A stretch of DNA of 64,000 nucleotides from a virus (taxonomy: Duplodnaviria; Caudoviricetes). Positions 56,709-64,000 of this stretch are shown piece after piece (position 1 is the first letter of the stretch; each line of letters starts with the position of its first letter). The translations under genes and the position numbers were made by a program. The notes beneath the pieces were generated by a model that had not been told where the DNA came from, made no database searches, and saw nothing but the letters and a program-made list of their open reading frames with translations. The DNA lies in the IMG/VR virus record IMGVR_UViG_3300020576_003530, positions 32,001 through 96,000 of that record; one strand, given 5' to 3'.

Positions 56709-57499
56709 AAATTTGTATCCTTCTGCTAGGCCGCATGGGCGATATCATTAACTTCCTACCTGCGGCCAAATGGTATCGGGATCAGGGGCACACGGTAGAT
56801 TGGTGCTCACTGGAAGAATATGGGATAGTACTACACGGCTGTTCTTACATTAATGAAGTATATACGGTGCGTTGTGGATTGCATCAAATTCCTGAAATTC
56901 AAGAACGTCTTCGTCAGACCGGCAAGTATGATCAGGTTATCACCCCACAGATCTATGGTAATCCCAATCCAGTCAGCTATAAGAATTCCAGCTTTGACAT
57001 TGAGTCTTGGAACATGGCCGGAATAAAGAGGTTAGATCTTTGGTCAAACTTACCACTTATCTTCGATAAGAGAGACTCTAAACGGGAAGCCGAAGTCTTC
57101 GATAACATTACCGCCCAAATGGGCATTGATCAGTCCAAACCAATCCTCCTATTCAACCTTAATGGAATGTCTAGTCCGCTTGGACAAAGAAATGCCGAAA
57201 AGTTGGATGCGTGGATTCATGAAACGTTCCGTGATCGTTTTTCGGTGCTCAATTTGAGTTTTGTTCGCATTCCCGTTTACTACGATCTGCTCGGTCTTTA
57301 CGAACGATCCGCAGCCCTCATTAGTATTTGTACCTCGACCCTACATCTAAGTCGTGCTGTAGGTATTCCTACTGTTGCCCTGCTTGGCACTCGTACATGG
57401 GGTCGGTCCTCTCGTCGTCCCCACTGGATCTACGAGACGTTTTATGACGTCGTATTTGATCACCTAAATGATATAAAAGAAGTGGTAAACTCTATATGA
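56705..57499 (+). CDS. GT9 (heptosyltransferase-like) glycosyltransferase
   Basis: GRMGDII..LP and T..LHL..A.G.PTVAL.G. Confidence 0.75.
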   Translation: MKICILLLGRMGDIINFLPAAKWYRDQGHTVDWCSLEEYGIVLHGCSYINEVYTVRCGLHQIPEIQERLRQTGKYDQVITPQIYGNPNPVSYKNSSFDIESWNMAGIKRLDLWSNLPLIFDKRDSKREAEVFDNITAQMGIDQSKPILLFNLNGMSSPLGQRNAEKLDAWIHETFRDRFSVLNLSFVRIPVYYDLLGLYERSAALISICTSTLHLSRAVGIPTVALLGTRTWGRSSRRPHWIYETFYDVVFDHLNDIKEVVNSI

Positions 57500-58338
57500 A
57501 TGAAATAAATAATGAAATTAAGCAGGACGATCGGTCTTCTCCCTCTCCCACTTATCGTGGTGGCGATCGCGGAGGCAGTCTGTATAAAGAGCTTTACAAG
57601 GCTTGTCAGACCGACTGGCTAGCCTTTGACGGCCATTGGCGGGCTGTAGACGATGGTCGTCCGGTAATCCTGCATGAAAGTATTTCGGTATTCGGTCAGG
57701 AAATGGTCATGAGGTTTGTGGGATTTATCCGTTCACCCATTCTGACATATATTCCGGGCCTACATGGATATAGGAATTTTATTCATGTCCCGATCCCCTA
57801 TGACTTTGCTAATATTGCTCCTCTCACCCATCCTGATCCATGGAATCGCACATGTCAGGCTTCCTACGTCTTTGGCCGCAAATGGTTAACTTCTCATTCT
57901 CGAGGGCAGGTTTATGGGATTAGATGGGAGAATATCGATGCCTATAGGCATGAATTAAGTAAGAATGCGGCAATCATTTGTCCTGAGATTGACGATCTAT
58001 TGATCAGTAAGTTGGCCAACGCTCATTCCTATCGCTTCGGAATTGCCTGCGAAAACGCCATCTGTCCGGGCTACATTACTGAGAAATTGTTCGATCTACT
58101 CATGGCTGATACGGTTCCCATTTACTTTGGGGCGGAATTACCCCCTCCGCTCGAAGAATGTGTGGTAAGAGCGAACTTGAACGATCTAGAACAGGCTATC
58201 CGCTCTACAGATCAATCCGTCTACATGGATAAAATAAAGAAAATTCGCTCAGTAAGAGCGAATGGAGCGTTGCACGCTTATTCCTATCAATCTTTTACGG
58301 AGAGGGTTTTGCCCTTGCTCGATCTTCCAAGAGTGTAA
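57496..58338 (+). CDS. GT10-like glycosyltransferase
   Basis: YRF.IACEN..PGYITEKLFD...A.TVPIYFG. Confidence 0.8.
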   Translation: MNEINNEIKQDDRSSPSPTYRGGDRGGSLYKELYKACQTDWLAFDGHWRAVDDGRPVILHESISVFGQEMVMRFVGFIRSPILTYIPGLHGYRNFIHVPIPYDFANIAPLTHPDPWNRTCQASYVFGRKWLTSHSRGQVYGIRWENIDAYRHELSKNAAIICPEIDDLLISKLANAHSYRFGIACENAICPGYITEKLFDLLMADTVPIYFGAELPPPLEECVVRANLNDLEQAIRSTDQSVYMDKIKKIRSVRANGALHAYSYQSFTERVLPLLDLPRV

Positions 58339-58696
58339 TTCGCTTGTCTAGATTGGCGATTACGGCATCGAAAGATCGATTCTGATTGACAGTTTCGCGA
58401 TTCATTTCGGCTAATTTCAACAGTGTTTCTCTCTGATTTAACTCAGATGTGGTATTAAGTTTTGCTACTTCTGCATTTAGTTTAGTAATTTCTGTCTGAA
58501 AATTAGACATAGAAAGTTTTTGGTCTTTATTGTCCATCAAAGAGAAGTAAAAGCTGGAACCAACCCAAGTCATACCAGCAATAACTAAGGCTGTAATAAT
58601 GTTAGTTGCAATAGGAGATTGCATCAAATTAAATACGGGATCTGTGGTTTTGGGTGACTCGTGATTTTCTAACTCATGTTCTGACGAATTTGGCAT
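58295..58696 (-). CDS. single-TM coiled-coil membrane protein (possible lysis protein)
   Basis: N-terminal hydrophobic helix followed by a coiled coil ending RITLLE. Confidence 0.55.
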   Translation of the reverse strand: MPNSSEHELENHESPKTTDPVFNLMQSPIATNIITALVIAGMTWVGSSFYFSLMDNKDQKLSMSNFQTEITKLNAEVAKLNTTSELNQRETLLKLAEMNRETVNQNRSFDAVIANLDKRITLLEDRARAKPSP

Positions 58697-58718
58697 GACG
58701 TAACCTTATATTTCTTAC

Positions 58719-59330
58719 TTAAATATATTCAATTTGGAAAAGAAGGCCAAATTGAGTTTTTGAACCAATGGTATTAGGACTGGACGAAATCCCTAGATAA
58801 TAATCATGCTGTGTGGCCGAACCACCCATAATGCCAGATAGGCCCGGCGAATTACTCAAACTAAGGAAGGTGCCCGTTCCTGCTGCATTTACCCACGAAG
58901 AGGAGCCAGAGCCGGTCGGAGTTGGTCCGCTAAAGGGACGAATACACTCAAAAATCTGACAAGTCACACCGCTAGGACCGTTATTTACACTCGATCTGTC
59001 ATAAATATAGACGCGGCCATTTTGAGTCTGAATTGACGAATCTGATGTAATACGGATATTAAGAGGGCACAAGCTATTAGGAAGCTGTCTCAGATAATAA
59101 GAGGCTCCCAATTGGCCATATATTCCCGAGTTAGGGTGTGTATACTTAAAGTTAGAAATTTCAGGACCCTGATTTGTCCCGTTCGCATTGGTAATATACA
59201 TGCGATCCTGATAGGAACCAATCTGAACGGCATAGCCAAATCCGTTCGATCCAAAAAAGCCAATACCGCTACCCGCAAGATTAACGAGGGTAGAGCCATT
59301 AGCACCCAAAAATTGTACTGTAGTTGCCAT
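58719..59330 (-). CDS. putative virion structural protein
   Basis: G/S/N/T-rich beta composition; GTGTAT motif just upstream on the minus strand. Confidence 0.55.
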   Translation of the reverse strand: MATTVQFLGANGSTLVNLAGSGIGFFGSNGFGYAVQIGSYQDRMYITNANGTNQGPEISNFKYTHPNSGIYGQLGASYYLRQLPNSLCPLNIRITSDSSIQTQNGRVYIYDRSSVNNGPSGVTCQIFECIRPFSGPTPTGSGSSSWVNAAGTGTFLSLSNSPGLSGIMGGSATQHDYYLGISSSPNTIGSKTQFGLLFQIEYI

Positions 59331-59366
59331 AATAGTTAATACACGCGGGGAAGCCTTGAATCCTAT

Positions 59367-59759
59367 TTACGAGTCCGTTTGTCCAATAGTTAAATGAGTC
59401 CATTTAGAAAGAGGGCAAACATCGACTTGAGTCTTGCAAAGAATGAAGCAACCACATTGAGCACCATCTTTTGCTGGATCTGGAGCCATACATTGGGACT
59501 GAGAGTAGAGAACTCCCGCAGCATTCTTGGTAGAATGTTCGCAGCCGCGACAGATTTCCCTGTTCCTCTTAATGGTCTCATCATCGTACTTACTGGTGGT
59601 CCCAATACATTTAATCAGACCCGATAGGCCATCTTTGAACCACTTTAGTTTTGATTCCTGAGTAGAACCAGCTCGAACTAGATTGGTAATAGGATTGGAA
59701 CCTAGCGATCTACCTACTGGTGTTCCGGGTATAGTGACTTCTTTTTTACAATTACACAC
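59367..59759 (-). CDS. DUF6171-like Cys-rich Zn-binding protein
   Basis: R.IC..C...QC...CGCF..KT....CP..KW. Confidence 0.65.
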   Translation of the reverse strand: MCNCKKEVTIPGTPVGRSLGSNPITNLVRAGSTQESKLKWFKDGLSGLIKCIGTTSKYDDETIKRNREICRGCEHSTKNAAGVLYSQSQCMAPDPAKDGAQCGCFILCKTQVDVCPLSKWTHLTIGQTDS

Positions 59760-62700
59760 AGGTTGCTCCTAATCTGTCATCGCCGAGATCTGTAGTTTCC
59801 ATAAAATTACCCACATCGCACCGCCACTTAATAGTAGATTTCCAGTCTTCGATATAAGACCAAGTTTTACCATTAGTATAACCGGGACAACTAGTATATA
59901 CAGTATCCGTTCTCGTAATCGTTGATTCTGCCGTGTTTGTCAGTGTGGTAGTGCAACCTCTCACTCCTGGAGATACCCCACAATTGTTGGATGGGCTATA
60001 GATGTGAGATTCTGATCCCGTTATACTATATCCGTCACAACCAATTTCACTGGTCACACTTTCACAAACGGTGGTCTCATACACTGCAGAGTTACAAATA
60101 TTACACTCGTCAATGTCACAAATATCACCACTAAAATCAGTGCAGTTACCGGCTTCAGTAATACCAAAATTAGAGCAATTCAACTCGATTGAGACGTTGT
60201 CTCCACAAGTATTAGGCATGACTAATGTGCTGCATCCGCCCGACTCTCCGTTAGAACAGGTTGGTGTCTGTGAGCAAGATGCTGTATATGTGCCAGTAAT
60301 ATCTGAGTCAATACAGGAACATGGAATTACTACACTATGCGAGGCATCTGTAATTCTTTGGGTGAAAGTTTGTACGCCGCAAATTGGTCTGCCAAAACAC
60401 TGACCCTGTCCTGCACGACAAGTACAGCACATTGGTGCGGTATTATTACAATCTATGTTGGAATACTCACAATTAACAAACGACTGTGTTACTTGTTCCC
60501 AGTTGCCAGATATTGTATAGGTCCAAGGATAGCGTGTAAAGCCGCCAGCACAGTCTACGTATACACCGCCACAGCACTTAGTTGCACAATTTACATCCAC
60601 TCTTTGATCACCCTGACCACCGTCAATAGCCTGATCGGGTGCTATTTCCAACAGTGAACCGTTCGTAATAATTGGGCGGAATACGGCTTTTAGGCCTCCC
60701 AACACTGATTCTCCCATATTGTCATCATCAATCCACATGACAGGAGGAAGTGAGCAAGTAGAACCCCAACTACCTAAATATTCGAGTGGAACATGTGGAA
60801 ATACACCCTGAATCTCGTCCCAGCCTCGATAACCGGCAGTTGGAGCAGCATTATATATCGCTGCTTCATTATAGAGATTGATTGAGCAGAAGGCTGGATA
60901 TCCCTGATCTGCGACATAAGCTGTGGGCGGCCAAGTACGAGGAATATCCTTCTTCTGGACTAAAATCTGGGCAGCGGGATCAATATATTGGCACCATCCC
61001 TGCATCTCACTGTAGAGATAAGGAATGGGGAATCCCCCGTTAATTTGTGTGGACCAGATGTAGTTAGATCCGCCCGCGATTGCGTTATTGTTCTGAGGCT
61101 CATACTTAATGCGAGTATCAATAGCACCAACAATTGCACCATCGCCCCAGCCAGATGCGTCGTATGCAATTCCAATGTCAGAAGCACCGCATTCTGCTCC
61201 GCGACCAAAACGAGAAACAATGTCTATTTTAGAACCTACAAACTGGAGCGGTACCTTTACCAACATTGGGATATCGCAGTCAGGGTGTATGTTTTGAGCA
61301 CAAATGTAGAGGGTTGGGGTACTAACCTTAATCTCGCCGCCTGGCGGATTAGAAAAGGCTGGCTGAACACTGCTACCGCGACCAGGAGTTCCGTCGTTTC
61401 CCTCTCGGTTGGTAATGTGGGGCTTGAAACTCCGTGTTCCGCAATCATACTGATCGTCGCACTCACACCGATTAGCCTTAACATACCAAGTCTCTTTAGA
61501 GCACTTTCCACCAGTACAACCATATCCTACAATGTAGGATGTATTAATAACCTTATCGCCATCGCAATCGAGCTTGCTGGCCGGACCATATGTAGTAGCG
61601 TTGGGAGGCAGGCATGAGTTTAGTACTGGATATTGGGTGGGCGAATAATCGCAGCGATAACGAACCCAGCAAGAAAGGTCGACTGGGCCATTAAATAAAT
61701 TGCGAACAGGTTTGTCTTCTAGCGGCTCCTTATACGACCAATTATAAAGGGTCCCTGTAGCAAGAGGATTTCCACTATTGGTTGGGAAATTGACGTCGGG
61801 TCCTGACTGAACAGTATAGGTACTATCATCTAACCAGACTGTAAATGGTTGAGAACCACTATTCGCGATTAGAGGATTATAGACTGCCCCAATGTTGAAT
61901 TGTATGGCATTGAGATCGGTCACGCAGTTAGAAACAGTATATGGATGACCAGAGCGATCGGTATTCAGCCCCGTAGATTGTAATAGGGTTTCGGTGACTC
62001 CACTGTAGGATCTAACATTGATCAGATGACCAGTTACCTCGACCTCAATCTTACTAATAAACGATGGAAGGTCGTCTGGCTTATATATGGTGAGCACAGA
62101 CTGAGAGCTGCCAGCCATCGCTGTCCATAGCGGAGAGCGGCGGCGAAGGCCGGATTTGTAGCTACCATTTTCAAAGGGTTGTTTAGGGCCTTTGTTATAC
62201 AAATGATTACAATAGGGTGGGCGACGGATAGTAGCGGGAGTTACGTCGGCATCTGCAATAGTATTAACAGATGTAATGTCGGCTCCGCCATACGGCCAAA
62301 TACGGGTAAAACGTTTTGGGGCAGCAATAATATCTCCGCCAGACCACAGGTTTGGGTCCGACTGAATTAATTCTGGGTGACCGCCACCAAAATCAGGGTC
62401 AAAAGGCTCTCCTGTGGCATCAAACATTTGTTGTGCCCAGTCCCACATTTCGGAATTGACATTGATAACCTTGCTAGCTGGGACCGCTCTTGCATCATTG
62501 CTGGCTGCACAGAATGCGAAAATAAAGCAGGACTCTCCTCCATCAATAGCTTTGGTTTTGATCGCATTGACAGCGTCTAAGAAGTCGCCAACCGTCTTGT
62601 CTTCGCAGTCAAAAGTAAGCGTGGTAAGACCGCAGGCAGAACCTTCGGTAGCTCCCTCATCAAAACCATTAACGGTAGATGAGTCTAACTCTGCATTTAG

Positions 62701-64000
62701 AGTGAGATCGTTCAGATCGGGGCCAATAAAATATGGGACTCCGCGTTTTACTCTAAAAGTAATCTGAATCTTCTTAGTTTCTTGCCACGTTCCCAGCGTT
62801 TTAATATATCCTAGCGGAGCATATTGGAACCCATAACGAGCACTCCAAGCAGAAACGCTGGCTGCATCGCCATTAGCCTGATGCTCTCGCTGTTCGATTT
62901 GATAGAAATAGGAACCAAACGGACCCCATGGGCAGGACTGATGGAATGAAGTAAGGAAGAGTTCAGGCAGGCAGACTGAGGCTGTATCGCAGTTATTTGT
63001 GAGGGTCGCTCCCCAATCGCAATCAGAAACAACATAGCCAATGCGGCCACCAATTGGGCTCTCGGAAAAACGACCAGCTTTACCAAAAATAAACCAGAAT
63101 GGGTCGATGGTATGGCACGTACCCAGTATGATAGTGTTTTCTAGATTACTAAATCTAGTAGTACTTGGATTGTAACCATAGCCAATATCGGGACCAGCAC
63201 TTGGACTAATATATTGGTTGGGTCCAACAGTTACGCCTTTTTGTGGGCAACATTGCGTGTTGTTAAAGCCTGATGGGCCAATACCAGCAATGAAGTTATC
63301 CTCATAAGGACAGGCGTTAAGACCAAACAAGGTGTCAGTTATTGGTCCACCAGCAATGCTGTAGTCAATAATACTAAATGAGTCGCCCCAAACCTGACCG
63401 TCTCCATATTCACCGTAAGAACCAGAAACGGCCGCTTCTGGGCTACCTGGATAAATGGTGTAGTTTAAGTAGCAATTTTTAACGTTAAAATGCGGCTGTT
63501 CAAATCCACAAAGATTGTCTTTATAGATAATCTCGTAATATTTGTTGTCTGTGGCCGCTGGATTAAATATGGCGTTATAGTTAAACTCAATAGTGTCGCC
63601 CGCTGACAACCCCATTGCATCAATAGCATTCTGGACGTTCGTACCTAGTTGGACTGGATCACTATCGAAAGCTATGAGATCGGTGGAGTAATTACCAAAC
63701 TGTAAAGCAAACGCAGATGGACGAGATAAGACACTTTTCGTCTCATTTAGAAAGAAATAGCTTGTTGGATGAATAATGGAGGCCGCATGATCAGTATCCA
63801 GCACATCAGAAGAAATACTAAAATCTGGGCCACAAACTAAATTGAAGTCAGAAAAGAATTCTGACAAAGTTTTGGTGCCATAATCAACGGTCACAGCATC
63901 ATTAATAATAGCGTTTGTATCTGTAAACTCAACTTTTCCAATAGTTGAACCATTGGTATATTGGAGTGTTGCCGCACTATTTTGACCCTCTAAGATGTAA
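59752..64000 (-). CDS. very large Cys/Gly-rich protein, probably virion tail or fiber; 5' end outside the window
   Basis: 1380-aa ORF; the frame stays open from 63894 to the window end (checked by hand); acidic, Gly/Cys/aromatic-rich. Confidence 0.7.
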   Translation of the reverse strand, partial: YILEGQNSAATLQYTNGSTIGKVEFTDTNAIINDAVTVDYGTKTLSEFFSDFNLVCGPDFSISSDVLDTDHAASIIHPTSYFFLNETKSVLSRPSAFALQFGNYSTDLIAFDSDPVQLGTNVQNAIDAMGLSAGDTIEFNYNAIFNPAATDNKYYEIIYKDNLCGFEQPHFNVKNCYLNYTIYPGSPEAAVSGSYGEYGDGQVWGDSFSIIDYSIAGGPITDTLFGLNACPYEDNFIAGIGPSGFNNTQCCPQKGVTVGPNQYISPSAGPDIGYGYNPSTTRFSNLENTIILGTCHTIDPFWFIFGKAGRFSESPIGGRIGYVVSDCDWGATLTNNCDTASVCLPELFLTSFHQSCPWGPFGSYFYQIEQREHQANGDAASVSAWSARYGFQYAPLGYIKTLGTWQETKKIQITFRVKRGVPYFIGPDLNDLTLNAELDSSTVNGFDEGATEGSACGLTTLTFDCEDKTVGDFLDAVNAIKTKAIDGGESCFIFAFCAASNDARAVPASKVINVNSEMWDWAQQMFDATGEPFDPDFGGGHPELIQSDPNLWSGGDIIAAPKRFTRIWPYGGADITSVNTIADADVTPATIRRPPYCNHLYNKGPKQPFENGSYKSGLRRRSPLWTAMAGSSQSVLTIYKPDDLPSFISKIEVEVTGHLINVRSYSGVTETLLQSTGLNTDRSGHPYTVSNCVTDLNAIQFNIGAVYNPLIANSGSQPFTVWLDDSTYTVQSGPDVNFPTNSGNPLATGTLYNWSYKEPLEDKPVRNLFNGPVDLSCWVRYRCDYSPTQYPVLNSCLPPNATTYGPASKLDCDGDKVINTSYIVGYGCTGGKCSKETWYVKANRCECDDQYDCGTRSFKPHITNREGNDGTPGRGSSVQPAFSNPPGGEIKVSTPTLYICAQNIHPDCDIPMLVKVPLQFVGSKIDIVSRFGRGAECGASDIGIAYDASGWGDGAIVGAIDTRIKYEPQNNNAIAGGSNYIWSTQINGGFPIPYLYSEMQGWCQYIDPAAQILVQKKDIPRTWPPTAYVADQGYPAFCSINLYNEAAIYNAAPTAGYRGWDEIQGVFPHVPLEYLGSWGSTCSLPPVMWIDDDNMGESVLGGLKAVFRPIITNGSLLEIAPDQAIDGGQGDQRVDVNCATKCCGGVYVDCAGGFTRYPWTYTISGNWEQVTQSFVNCEYSNIDCNNTAPMCCTCRAGQGQCFGRPICGVQTFTQRITDASHSVVIPCSCIDSDITGTYTASCSQTPTCSNGESGGCSTLVMPNTCGDNVSIELNCSNFGITEAGNCTDFSGDICDIDECNICNSAVYETTVCESVTSEIGCDGYSITGSESHIYSPSNNCGVSPGVRGCTTTLTNTAESTITRTDTVYTSCPGYTNGKTWSYIEDWKSTIKWRCDVGNFMETTDLGDDRLGATCV

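Noticed and set aside
41606-57499. Other ORFs starting MKI (41606, 56705; also the ligase at 4980) as MKI-family members
   Set aside because: They are long enzymes whose MKI is a normal first beta-strand. They lack the amphipathic pattern, size and C-terminal motif of the family.
1-64000. Stop-codon reassignment (seen in some large phages)
   Set aside because: Conserved genes are full length in code 11, coding density is high, and TAA, TGA and TAG all end genes at sensible positions.

Overview
The window reads as a segment of a large (probably jumbo) tailed-phage genome in the standard genetic code. Positions 1-58.3 kb are densely coded on the + strand. In order they hold: small accessory genes, an RNA-repair trio (kinase, Rnl1 ligase, HAD phosphatase), DNA ligase, RuvB, ThyX, a complete ubiquitin-like conjugation operon (Ubl, E2, JAB, E1), dUTPase, class II RNR, a replication/recombination block (dCMP deaminase, RecA, DnaB, DnaG, dNMP kinase, RNase H, Cas4/RecB-like nuclease, DnaE split in two around a DnaQ exonuclease), a sigma factor, a Rad52-like annealase next to a Whirly-like SSB, and two glycosyltransferase/methyltransferase clusters (about 12 GTs, 4 MTases). 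From 58.3 kb the strand flips to probable virion genes, including a >1400-aa Cys-rich protein that runs off the window end. The most notable items are the phage-encoded ubiquitin-like system with its own promoter and internal terminators, a dispersed 9-member 'MKI' paralog family with conserved termini around variable cores, a Whirly-like SSB with a DIPF tail, a PEP-CTERM mini-protein, and a recurring bipartite intergenic motif. I saw no tRNA, rRNA, CRISPR array or transposase. All family calls come from recognising motifs by eye; no database searches were run.
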